This document shows positions 1 through 8,836 of a stretch of 64,000 nucleotides of DNA, one piece after another (the first letter of the stretch is position 1; each line of letters begins with the position of its first letter). The stretch spans positions 31,136 through 95,135 of IMG/VR virus record IMGVR_UViG_2609460060_000003. One strand, 5' to 3'. Made by a program: the position numbers and the translations under genes. The notes under the pieces were generated by a model. The model was given only the letters and a program-made list of their open reading frames with translations. It had not been told where the DNA came from and made no database searches. The DNA comes from a virus (Duplodnaviria; Heunggongvirae; Uroviricota; Caudoviricetes).

Positions 1-649
1 CGGTGCCCATAAAGCGCCAGCTCAATGGCTAAGAACGCTGTCAGCCAAACAGCTCATCGAAGAGCTTGAAAAAGAAACTATGCAGAATTGCATAGTTTCG
101 TTCGAAGGCCGTGGCGGCGGCACTTTTGCCCATGAATTGCTCGCAGTGGAGTACGCAGGTTGGATTTCTCCCGCGTTTCGGCTGAAGGTAAACCAGACAT
201 TTATCGACTATCGAGCTGGAAGATTACAACCTGCTATTCCGCAGAGCCTCCCAGAAGCTCTCCGTTTGGCTGCTGACCTGGCAGAGCAAAAGCAACGGCT
301 GGAGCAAAAAATGCTGATGGATGCACCTAAAGTCGAATTCGCCGAACGCGTTGCTACCGCCAGCGGGGTTCTAATCGGCAACTATGCCAAAGTGCTCGGC
401 CTGGGCCAAAACTATCTCTTCACCTGGTTGCGTGATAACGGAATTCTGATCGCAACCGGTGAACGCAGGAACGTCCCCAAACAAGAATACATATCCCGTG
501 GGTATTTCACCCTTAAAGAAACCGTGATCGATACAAGCAATGGAAGCAGGATTTCTTTCACGACTCGTATAACCGGCAAAGGTCAGCAGTGGCTGATGAA
601 GCGATTGCTTGATGCTGGTGTGCTGGTACCTGTCGCGGCAACGCGCTAA
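1..649 (+). CDS. kilA: KilA-type antirepressor-like protein, 3' portion (gene begins upstream of window)
   Basis: Frame open from nt 2 to stop at 647-649; GTFAHELLAVEYAGWISPAFRLKV resembles the end of a KilA-N/Bro-N domain; C-terminal ~150 aa paralogous to the Ant-like ORF at 47936-49054; directly upstream of repL. Confidence 0.55.
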   Translation, partial: GAHKAPAQWLRTLSAKQLIEELEKETMQNCIVSFEGRGGGTFAHELLAVEYAGWISPAFRLKVNQTFIDYRAGRLQPAIPQSLPEALRLAADLAEQKQRLEQKMLMDAPKVEFAERVATASGVLIGNYAKVLGLGQNYLFTWLRDNGILIATGERRNVPKQEYISRGYFTLKETVIDTSNGSRISFTTRITGKGQQWLMKRLLDAGVLVPVAATR

Positions 650-678
650 CAGACGTAGTAAGAACCACCAGCATTGTA

Positions 679-1524
679 ATGCTGGCTAAAGTCACTTTCC
701 TGAGCTGTATAACGATGAGCGATTTTACTTTTTCTGGCTATGAATTGGCCTGCTTTGTAACACACTCCGGTCTATCCCGTAGCGCCGGGCATATCCTGTC
801 GCAATGTGCAAATCTAGCGGCAACAACCAGTGAATACTTCATTCACAAGCCTCACCGCCTGATCGCGGCAGAAACTGGTTATAGCCAATCAACCGTCGTT
901 CGTGCATTCCGTGAAGCTGTAAACAAAGGAATTCTGTCTGTAGAGATTGTTATCGGCGATCACCGTGAACGTCGCGCTAACCTGTACCGGTTTACACCAT
1001 CCTTTTTGGCCTTCGCACAACAAGCCAAAAATGCGCTGATTGAAAGCAAATTAAAGATCTCTTCAGCGGCAACCAAGGTTAAAGCTGTTCTCGCTAAGAC
1101 ATTGGCTTTATTTAATTTTTTATCCACACCCCCATGTCAAAATGATACCCCCTCCCCCTGTCAGGATGACGTGGCAATAAAGAATAAGAAGTCACAAGTT
1201 AAAAAAACAAAAAGATCAGTTTCCGGCGGTGCCGGAACGAGCAGACTCAAAAAATTGACTTCATGGATCGCTGAGGCAAAAGCAAAGGCTGACAATCTGC
1301 GGTTATCCAAAAAGCGCGCTCAAAAACATGAGTTCAAGCAGAAAGTAGAGGCGGCAGCGCGGAAATATGCTTACCTGAAGAACAAGCGTTCTCCTGATAT
1401 TGGCGGGGTATCAAACTTCGATAATTTGCCGCATTGCATGACGGTAAACGAAGCTCTTAATGCGGTTTTAGCCAAAAATAAAGATAACGAACAATGGGGT
1501 ATACCGGCAGGATTCAGAGGGTGA
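679..1524 (+). CDS. repL: RepL-like lytic replication initiator
   Basis: 281-aa ORF directly downstream of kilA on same strand; length and position match recalled P1 RepL; alternative start at 715. Confidence 0.55.
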   Translation: MLAKVTFLSCITMSDFTFSGYELACFVTHSGLSRSAGHILSQCANLAATTSEYFIHKPHRLIAAETGYSQSTVVRAFREAVNKGILSVEIVIGDHRERRANLYRFTPSFLAFAQQAKNALIESKLKISSAATKVKAVLAKTLALFNFLSTPPCQNDTPSPCQDDVAIKNKKSQVKKTKRSVSGGAGTSRLKKLTSWIAEAKAKADNLRLSKKRAQKHEFKQKVEAAARKYAYLKNKRSPDIGGVSNFDNLPHCMTVNEALNAVLAKNKDNEQWGIPAGFRG

Positions 1525-1820
1525 TAGATTGCTCTAATCTGGAGTCACCTGGCGTTTTCAGTTTGAGGTCGGAGATGCAATCTGATTTTTTACAGTTAGC
1601 GATCGCTTTTGCAGGATATGTTTGTATTGGCTTCTGTGTATACATGTTCAGCCGAAAAATGCTTGTCGATATCGACCGCAAAGAACAAGCAGAGGAGATC
1701 TTAGTATGGATTTTCTTTGGCGCGGTCTGGCCATTAGGGATCATGTTTGCTGCAACATTTCTTCTGATGTGGATATTCACCCTTCCAGGTGATTTCTATA
1801 GAAAAAAAGCCAGACATTGA
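1494..1820 (+). CDS. small hydrophobic protein, two predicted transmembrane helices
   Basis: ORF overlapping repL 3' end; hydrophobic runs AIAFAGYVCIGFCVYMF and ILVWIFFGAVWPLGIMFAATFLLMWIF; real start probably internal. Confidence 0.3.
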   Translation: MGYTGRIQRVIDCSNLESPGVFSLRSEMQSDFLQLAIAFAGYVCIGFCVYMFSRKMLVDIDRKEQAEEILVWIFFGAVWPLGIMFAATFLLMWIFTLPGDFYRKKARH

Positions 1821-1943
1821 TACAATCGTTGCGGGTGCTTGAGGCTATCTGCTTCAGGCATTACCCGAAAAGCAGATAGAAGAAAGCCCCAGATAACATT
1901 ACGCGTCCTGCAAGACGCTTAACATTAATCTGAGGCAATATCT

Positions 1944-2150
1944 ATGCTTAGCATACGTAGATTAGCCTCTTACCGACCAAAAGGTCAAGGAGAAGCAGGC
2001 TATGAAGCAGCAAAAAGCGATATTAATCGCTCTGATCGTCATCTGTTTAACCGTCATTGTGACGGCACTGGTAACGAGGAAAGACCTCTGCGAGGTACGA
2101 ATCCGAACCGGCCAGACGGAGGTCACTGTCTTCACAGCCTACGAATCTGA
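1944..2150 (+). CDS. mok-like overlapping reading frame
   Basis: 68-codon ORF starting upstream of and overlapping the hok-like ORF in another frame, the classical mok/hok layout. Confidence 0.3.
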   Translation: MLSIRRLASYRPKGQGEAGYEAAKSDINRSDRHLFNRHCDGTGNEERPLRGTNPNRPDGGHCLHSLRI

Positions 2151-2157
2151 AAGGTAA
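2002..2157 (+). CDS. hok: Hok/Gef family type I toxin (51 aa)
   Basis: ATG at 2002 with AAGGAG 9 nt upstream; product MKQQKAILIALIVICLTVIVTALVTRKDLCEVRIRTGQTEVTVFTAYESER has the Hok signature (TM helix then LTRKxLCExRxRxGxxEVxxFxAYES); absent from ORF track because under 60 aa. Confidence 0.8.
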   Translation: MKQQKAILIALIVICLTVIVTALVTRKDLCEVRIRTGQTEVTVFTAYESER

Positions 2158-2234
2158 GAGACCTGGCGGGGAGAGATCCTCGCCACTCTTCGTGTGTCAG
2201 GTATCCTCAATGCACCCTTTCCTCTCCAAATAAA

Positions 2235-2254
2235 AAAGCTCCCGAAGGAGCTTT
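2235..2254. terminator. bidirectional stem-loop terminator between hok locus and structural operon
   Basis: AAAGCTCC-CGAA-GGAGCTTT hairpin flanked by A-run on plus strand (T-run on minus strand). Confidence 0.6.
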
Positions 2255-2273
2255 AAAATACAAGGGATGACTC

Positions 2274-2783
2274 TTAATCCCACTCAATCCAGTTGTAGAC
2301 GATACGAAGTGACGGGCGCACAGCGGCAGTCACATCTTCGGTACTAAAGTCGATTGCATCACTGTAGATTTTGCAGTCCAACATTTCAATTGTTGTAGCA
2401 GCTTTTGTCACAGCGTTAACCCCGGAAGATTTGGATTCAGGGGTAGCAGCCATCGTGATATCAACATAGTCCTTCGCCGCAATGCGATCTTTAATGAACT
2501 GAAGAATATCGCCTTCGATAGTCTCCACGCACTGGACCTGGATTTCCCCAGAGTTTCGAATTGGACCGTGCTGGTTGAACTTCACACCATTCGGACCATA
2601 GTCCTCCACATCCTCGCGGGTCATTTCAGGAATTTGCGACGTGCGAACCAGTACGCTGATATCTTCATGGCCTGCAAAAGTGAGCTGGAATTCAGAAGAT
2701 ACCAGTCGTTCGCCTTTGGCCGCGTTGGCAGTATAGCGGCCCTTAATAAATTTACGGTTTCCCTTAGTGTTATTGTGCCCCAT
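2274..2783 (-). CDS. contractile-tail tube protein (T4 gp19-like)
   Basis: 169 aa; SEFQLTFAG near N-terminus and C-terminal IVYNWIEWD resemble gp19-family tube proteins; last gene of the late operon. Confidence 0.5.
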   Translation of the reverse strand: MGHNNTKGNRKFIKGRYTANAAKGERLVSSEFQLTFAGHEDISVLVRTSQIPEMTREDVEDYGPNGVKFNQHGPIRNSGEIQVQCVETIEGDILQFIKDRIAAKDYVDITMAATPESKSSGVNAVTKAATTIEMLDCKIYSDAIDFSTEDVTAAVRPSLRIVYNWIEWD

Positions 2784-2794
2784 ATAAAATCCTT

Positions 2795-3376
2795 TTACTG
2801 GAACGCCCGAACAATATCGGAGCTGTTATATATCGAAGAACCGGTCAACTGGAGGTTGACGGTGTTTTTCAGGAAATGTCCATTGCTGTCCCTGGGCGCA
2901 TCGAGATCGAAACTTATGTCCTGGATAGCGACATCAATGATGTTGATCCGGCGACCAATGTTTAGCGTCACACGCTCCGGGATTCGACCACCAATACTGG
3001 CATCTTTAAGTTCCGGGCTAATCATCGCTGACAATGCGGCGATAGCTCCTGAAACCTCCGTGAATGGGTCAAACAAAGCGATGAAAGTTACTGGCAGCGT
3101 GAAAGTCGGCGGTGTTCCCCCCTCCCAAACCATTAAGCTGTTCCAACGGGCCACCGACGTTGTTTCAGTACCAACCTGCGCAAAACCACTGAAAGCACCA
3201 GCAACAGACCCCATGGACATACCGGTAAACGGCGCTTCCCAATTCTGGGCCATGTTCATTGCTGCCCCCTGGCTGATATATCCGGTAACCTGGTACTGAG
3301 AGTTCGTTAAAGTAACTTTCAGAAATGGCGATACACCGTCAGCCTGGCTGTAAACCCCATAAGGTATAGGTGCCAT
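2795..3376 (-). CDS. tail structural protein, function unresolved
   Basis: 193-aa ORF tightly packed between the sheath-side genes and the tube gene. Confidence 0.4.
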   Translation of the reverse strand: MAPIPYGVYSQADGVSPFLKVTLTNSQYQVTGYISQGAAMNMAQNWEAPFTGMSMGSVAGAFSGFAQVGTETTSVARWNSLMVWEGGTPPTFTLPVTFIALFDPFTEVSGAIAALSAMISPELKDASIGGRIPERVTLNIGRRINIIDVAIQDISFDLDAPRDSNGHFLKNTVNLQLTGSSIYNSSDIVRAFQ

Positions 3377-3411
3377 TCAAGTTAAAGGCCGGAGTTCTCC
3401 GGCCTCCTCCT

Positions 3412-4227
3412 TTAGCCAAGGCGCTTACGGCGCAGTTTCATTGACTTTTTGCGGGCAAGTTTTGCCGCGCCGGTCTGGGCTTTTCGACGCGCTTTTTTCA
3501 GCGCCGATTTTTGAGCCGCAGTCAGACGTTTTTTACGCAGGCGTTTACGGATGAGTTTGATCTCACCGTTACGAACAACCTTCTTAAATGCTTCAGTCAG
3601 CATTTCATCAGAAGTGCCAGCAACAACAAACGCCGCTTCCAGTTCGTCGCGGTCGTCGCTATCTAAACCAGCGATAGAGGCACCAACATCAGCAGCAGCG
3701 TCGTCGTCTTCATCGTCAGCCAGTGCTTCGATCAGGTCATCATCTACACCGCATGCTGCGAGGAAGTCAGCAACATTTGCCCATGCTTCGTTATAGGCAT
3801 CGTCCTGTTCTTCTGTAACTTCGGCGTCGTCGTCATCAGAGATACCAGCGATAGCCTGAACGAAACCATCAAGGGAGTCGAAAGTCAGATCACCGCTATC
3901 AGCCCAGGCGAAAACGGCGTCGGCCGCATCACTCAACGCATTCTGCATAGCACTTCGATTTGCAGCTTCCAGAATCATCTGGTGCGCCTGTTCGACGGTC
4001 CATTCTTTACCGTCTTTCCCTTCCAGGATTTGCTCAGGAGCCGGGGCAGATGGAACGTTATCGTTAGTCTGTGCCGCCGGTTCCGGATTATTATTAATAA
4101 CCGGATCTGTTGGCGGTTCGGCGCTTGCTCGGGCAGACTCCATCAGCTGCACAGGATCAGAGTTCAAAGCGAAACGGGACAGTCCATTCCCCAAAAATGC
4201 CCCGGATTGAAAAAAGTTTTTGCTCAT
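3412..4227 (-). CDS. acidic assembly/scaffold-like protein with basic C-terminal tail
   Basis: 271 aa with Asp/Glu runs (DDDDAEVTEEQDD, DDEDDDAAAD) and C-terminal Lys/Arg-rich segment. Confidence 0.4.
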   Translation of the reverse strand: MSKNFFQSGAFLGNGLSRFALNSDPVQLMESARASAEPPTDPVINNNPEPAAQTNDNVPSAPAPEQILEGKDGKEWTVEQAHQMILEAANRSAMQNALSDAADAVFAWADSGDLTFDSLDGFVQAIAGISDDDDAEVTEEQDDAYNEAWANVADFLAACGVDDDLIEALADDEDDDAAADVGASIAGLDSDDRDELEAAFVVAGTSDEMLTEAFKKVVRNGEIKLIRKRLRKKRLTAAQKSALKKARRKAQTGAAKLARKKSMKLRRKRLG

Positions 4228-4236
4228 TGTATTCCC

Positions 4237-5826
4237 TTACTTAATAAGCAGCGGTACGCCCTGGATACGACGGGCTACGCCAGTCGGGCAGCAGGCCCAG
4301 ACTACTTCCCATTTATCGAATTCCGCCTGCGTAACTTTCAGCACATACGGTTCTGTACCGTCAGCATCAGGATCACGAGGAGCCACCAGAGCGCCGGAGG
4401 CGACAAAGCGATCTAAAAGTTTGGTCATCCCTTTAGTCAGGCCAGCCGCAGTAATACCGTCCGGGCTATGCTTCATCTGTCGGGCTAACTGGACAAAGAA
4501 ACGGCTGATTGCATTCATCAGGGATGGGACGTGCTGGAAGTGCAGATAGTTATCCTGCGTGCAGCAAGTTAAAGCATCGTCGATGATCATCTGGCCAGAG
4601 GTGCCAACAGATACTTTATTGAGACGGCCCTTGACCATTGCTTCTTCGTCCGGGGTATCTTCCGGATACAGCGGTTGAATTGACGCACGAGCAATGACGG
4701 CACGTTCTTCACCAGCCGGTGAGTAATGCCAACCGCCGACATCAGAGTTTTTCTTGACGCCATGAGCTTTCGCCGCATACGCCACGCCAGACAGACCAAA
4801 GACCACACGGGATTGGGTCCATTTGTCTTTGCAGGAGAACGGGTAGTGATAGACAGAACAGCTTACATAATCGGTACCAAGTAAACCGGTACCCTCAACA
4901 GCTGTTAGTGCTTCTGCGTACCTTAATGTCGGTTTGACATCAAAGAAGCCATCAATCAGGCGATCTGCACAGATTTTACCTAATGCGGTGATAGCCGCAT
5001 TGTCATAGCAGCCCAGGCCAAGAACAGCGGTGTACATGTACGGCGCATTGTTCAGCACTTTCACCGCACGCAGGTACGCAGCGGTTGAGATTTTCGACTG
5101 ATCACCGTTGGTACCACCAGTGAACGCCAACGATTTTTTGTTTGTTACTTTCGCTGTAGAAATCAGATCTTCATTAACAACCGCGCGCAGATATTTAGAA
5201 CGAGCTTCCAGAGCCGTAGGCAGATAACACAAGCGGCCCATGTCATCTTTCGCTTCTTCCGCCAAAGACACAGTGTGTGTCTCCAGGGTCGTTACCACAC
5301 CAAGCGAAGTCGTCTGGGTCAGTTTTAAGATGAAGCGTTCATTACTCGCGCTGTCCGCTGTTGCCGTTTCGATGGTTAACTCACGGGTAGGTGAAATACA
5401 CGGATCACCATCATCAACGTAGATAGCAAAGGCTTCGCCGCTATCAAGTTCAATTTCAGAACCGTATGGCAACGCACTGTAAGCCGGTTCGCCTGATTCA
5501 TCGAACATAATAATCGGGAACTTCGCATCATCCGGAACAGCACGGACAACATAACCAGACGTTTGCTGAATAGCTTCGTACACATGGCGAATTGGTTCGA
5601 ACTGTGAGCCGGAAGACGGCTTCAGCGGTTCGCCGAGAACATCTTCGTAATTGGACTCAGTAACCGCCAGAACAGTAAACGGCTTGCCACGCGCAAATAC
5701 GCCAATACCAGCCCACAAGCTGCTATTTAATGCAACACCGGTAGATAACGTCGCATCGGCATTGATCGGGCTAACCGCGACGCCGGATGCATTACCTAAT
5801 GACTGTTGAATTGAATATTGAGACAT
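4237..5826 (-). CDS. tail sheath protein (P1 gene 22 position)
   Basis: 529-aa ORF between major head gene and tube genes; size and position as expected for a myovirus sheath. Confidence 0.5.
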   Translation of the reverse strand: MSQYSIQQSLGNASGVAVSPINADATLSTGVALNSSLWAGIGVFARGKPFTVLAVTESNYEDVLGEPLKPSSGSQFEPIRHVYEAIQQTSGYVVRAVPDDAKFPIIMFDESGEPAYSALPYGSEIELDSGEAFAIYVDDGDPCISPTRELTIETATADSASNERFILKLTQTTSLGVVTTLETHTVSLAEEAKDDMGRLCYLPTALEARSKYLRAVVNEDLISTAKVTNKKSLAFTGGTNGDQSKISTAAYLRAVKVLNNAPYMYTAVLGLGCYDNAAITALGKICADRLIDGFFDVKPTLRYAEALTAVEGTGLLGTDYVSCSVYHYPFSCKDKWTQSRVVFGLSGVAYAAKAHGVKKNSDVGGWHYSPAGEERAVIARASIQPLYPEDTPDEEAMVKGRLNKVSVGTSGQMIIDDALTCCTQDNYLHFQHVPSLMNAISRFFVQLARQMKHSPDGITAAGLTKGMTKLLDRFVASGALVAPRDPDADGTEPYVLKVTQAEFDKWEVVWACCPTGVARRIQGVPLLIK

Positions 5827-5886
5827 AACTTTCCCTGTTATGCGCCCCGCACGGGGGCGCTATGTTAAACGGAGAACTTCCCCTGA

Positions 5887-7614
5887 TTACTCAGAGTCAC
5901 CGGCATCAATCGTGTCGCCGCTTATGAAGTTAAGCCCGCCTTTTTTGGCCATTGTCAGCGTTACACGAGTGAAGTAATCAGCGCCGTTGCGTGGGTGCAT
6001 ATCGTTGATAGCCGAACCCCACAGCGTGGTACGGTTGACCAGCGCCGGAGTGGTCGGATGCTGGAACGGGATGGCCGGGACAGCATCACCAGTCACGAAG
6101 CCTGCTTTACCCGGATTTTCATCACGGACGTAGCACAGCACATCCATCGAGCTGAACTGAATGTTCTCTGTCGTTAAGTTCTTACAAATACCAGCAGGTA
6201 CTTCGTACACTTTCACGTTACCGAACAGGGTACCGATGTAGTGAACATACGGAGTCTGGATATAGTCTTCGGCTGGCTGGAAGAAATCCTTCGGCAACTG
6301 TTTGAAGAAAGATGCTGCATCAGCACCAGCAAACATCCCCATCGCACCAGAAGATTTAACGCGCTCAATAATGTCGCGATATACAGTCTGGAATTTGCCA
6401 CGAATGATGGTTGCCCATACATCAAAGGACTGGTTAACCGGCAGAGCGATGTCAAAGGTGTCGGTCGCAAGAGTACGCCAGATCATGATGCGAAGACGCA
6501 GCATATCCTGTTCATGAGACAGGTATTCCTTCAGGGTGCGGAACTGTAGGGAACCCAGGTCCAGACCAAATTCACGCTGTGCTTCATACGCCGCCTGTAC
6601 CGTGTGCTCAGCCGCGATAACGAACTGGCTTGGGAACAGGGTGTATTTCTTCATTTCGTGGTTGATCAGCGGGATCAGCTCAGGAGCGGCTTCAATATTG
6701 ATTTCCGTCTCAATTGCGATCTCAGTGCCTTTATCCGGCGCTTTGGAGAACGACAGGGCAATCTGACCAATGTTGTAGTTCAGAGAGCAGGTAACAGTGA
6801 TTTGCTCACCAGCAGCATTAGTAAACGAGTGAAGTAGGCTGCCGGAACCGTTATCAACAACAGACTTAATACGGTTAACGTAGATATTAGTGCGACCTTT
6901 TCGGATTGGTACATTCTGGCCTTCGAAGTCTTCCATCTTGAAGGTTGCGGTTTTGCTGGTGCCATCGGAGCTTGCCACCAGCACATAGCGGCGGCGTAAC
7001 TGGCTGTACACACCGACGGATTGCATGTCCAGAACATCACCAGCAGCATAAGAACCAAAAGAGGAACCTGCCACGTTAAAGACTTCATAGATGTCGGACT
7101 GGTCACGCGTAACCGGAATGAAGGTACACGCATCAGCGGTAGCTGCCCCCAACTGAACAGGCAGGATCATCGCGAGGAATAAAGGCAGACGCATAACACC
7201 GTCAGAAACGCTCATCATCTCTGCTGCGACGGATTCCAGCATCGCTTTATTAGTGGCATCCATGCTATTGCGGGTGGACTCAATCAGGCAGTTTTCCAGC
7301 GTCTGGTGGCAGGAGGCCAGAATTTCCGGACGCGGCATAGATTTATGTGCTGCGGCGTAGTCAGCCAGTGCACTTGCCCACGCTGTAGCGATTTGAGCGG
7401 TGGCATTATCAGAGATACCCGCAAAAACCGGGTCTTTACGTGCAGCTTCAAGGATAGATGCGGCACGCGCGGCATCATCTTTAATGAATTGGTTATCAGT
7501 ACCGAACTGCGCAGTGCTTGCCCAGCCAAGCACAGCTTTAGAGCGTTTTGCGATATCTGCAATACGATTCTGGTATTCGCGTAAGTTACTCAATTTACTC
7601 TTCCTTAAACACAA
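5887..7614 (-). CDS. major head protein (P1 gene 23 position)
   Basis: 575-aa ORF next to parB, first gene of the operon, preceded by late-promoter-like element. Confidence 0.5.
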   Translation of the reverse strand: MCLRKSKLSNLREYQNRIADIAKRSKAVLGWASTAQFGTDNQFIKDDAARAASILEAARKDPVFAGISDNATAQIATAWASALADYAAAHKSMPRPEILASCHQTLENCLIESTRNSMDATNKAMLESVAAEMMSVSDGVMRLPLFLAMILPVQLGAATADACTFIPVTRDQSDIYEVFNVAGSSFGSYAAGDVLDMQSVGVYSQLRRRYVLVASSDGTSKTATFKMEDFEGQNVPIRKGRTNIYVNRIKSVVDNGSGSLLHSFTNAAGEQITVTCSLNYNIGQIALSFSKAPDKGTEIAIETEINIEAAPELIPLINHEMKKYTLFPSQFVIAAEHTVQAAYEAQREFGLDLGSLQFRTLKEYLSHEQDMLRLRIMIWRTLATDTFDIALPVNQSFDVWATIIRGKFQTVYRDIIERVKSSGAMGMFAGADAASFFKQLPKDFFQPAEDYIQTPYVHYIGTLFGNVKVYEVPAGICKNLTTENIQFSSMDVLCYVRDENPGKAGFVTGDAVPAIPFQHPTTPALVNRTTLWGSAINDMHPRNGADYFTRVTLTMAKKGGLNFISGDTIDAGDSE

Positions 7615-7644
7615 GGCACTTGTGTGAATCCCTTTTCGGAAGAG

Positions 7645-7673
7645 ATTTTATTGAAAGTCACTTGTTGACTTTC
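7645..7673 (-). promoter_or_regulatory. late-promoter-like element upstream of major head gene
   Basis: Inverted repeat GAAAGTCA-N5-TGACTTTC; on the coding strand AACAAGTGACT + 5 nt + TAAAAT; same motif and spacing at 28487-28511 and 63021-63043. Confidence 0.4.
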
Positions 7674-7729
7674 TCGTGACAAGCAATTTTTTTATTTTTT
7701 TCGGGAGTAGGGGAGGAAGGTAAAATCCA

Positions 7730-7815
7730 AGGTGAAATCGTGGCGATTTCACCTTGAAATTTTAGATGGATTTACTTTAAAAACAGTTGGTTAATAGTGA
7801 AATTTGAATGGCGAA
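7730..7815. other. parS: parS partition site (centromere)
   Basis: Heptamer ATTTCAC/GTGAAAT and hexamer TCGCCA/TGGCGA boxes flanking an AT-rich central segment, directly downstream of parB stop. Confidence 0.75.
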
Positions 7816-7818
7816 AGT

Positions 7819-8820
7819 TTAAGGCTTCGGCTTTTTATCGAGGCTCTTTCTAAGGATATGCCCAATCATCCTGTCGAGTTCTTCCTGTAGCTCTTTTGAA
7901 AGTCGATTAAACTCATAAGAAAATGCACGGCCTTTCACGCGCTTCCTTGCAAAGCGATCCTTGTCCTCAAATTTCCATAATTCAGTAACTACGGACTTAT
8001 CTTTAGAACCTTTATCCGTGAGTAGTGAGGCTTCCTTTGTTATCAAGCGCAGGATTTTATTTTTAACTTCATCTTCGGCCATTTCTTCAATGGATAAGAT
8101 GTCGTTTATTTCCGGGGATATGTTTTGAATAAGCTGATCAAACTCTAAATTCTTGTTCCCCATTTCGTCGCCAACAGCACAAAGCGTTTTGTAGTCCGAA
8201 AAGGTTAATTCCGACTGAACAGGGAAAAGGGCGACTAATTCTTCCGGAGCACTCGCTGCCTGGAGAGCACGCGTGACCTTCGCCTGAGACAGCCCTTCTT
8301 TGGCTGCAATATCCTTCTGACTCATCCCATCATTTTTCATTCGCATCAAACGCAGACCTATTTCTCGAATGCTGTGCTGCAATGCTGTCTGAACGTCTTT
8401 CGCTAAATTTTGCGCTTCCTGAACGCTGATCTCCTGGTCCGTGACTAAAACCCGCAACCCTACGTTCTCTAAGATGGCAGAAGCTCGACGCCGGGAACCA
8501 TCCAAAATTTCAATTTTCCCTGTAGCCCGTCTAACACCTATTGCAGGGTAAAATTGCTGATGCTTAATAGTGCTTCGGATACTTTTTAATGATTTTGGCG
8601 TAAGAGATGCCTGGTCACGCCCGTTGTTATGCTGATCAACAAAGGTATCGCTTTCTACCTGGTTCGGAGGTATTACCTCTTCAATAAATGTGGCCTGGCG
8701 ACCAGTTGATAACTTGAATACCTGCTCGACTCGATCGCCAGAGGCTGAAGAACTATCAAATCCGCTTAATATTGAAGGATTAAGGGTTCGCCCAATTGTT
8801 GGTCTGTTTTTCTTTGACAT
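7819..8820 (-). CDS. parB: ParB partition protein
   Basis: 333 aa, N-terminus MSKKNRPTIGRTLNPSILSGF matches recalled P1 ParB; followed by parS. Confidence 0.9.
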   Translation of the reverse strand: MSKKNRPTIGRTLNPSILSGFDSSSASGDRVEQVFKLSTGRQATFIEEVIPPNQVESDTFVDQHNNGRDQASLTPKSLKSIRSTIKHQQFYPAIGVRRATGKIEILDGSRRRASAILENVGLRVLVTDQEISVQEAQNLAKDVQTALQHSIREIGLRLMRMKNDGMSQKDIAAKEGLSQAKVTRALQAASAPEELVALFPVQSELTFSDYKTLCAVGDEMGNKNLEFDQLIQNISPEINDILSIEEMAEDEVKNKILRLITKEASLLTDKGSKDKSVVTELWKFEDKDRFARKRVKGRAFSYEFNRLSKELQEELDRMIGHILRKSLDKKPKP

Positions 8821-8836
8821 GGGGGGTTCTTACTCC

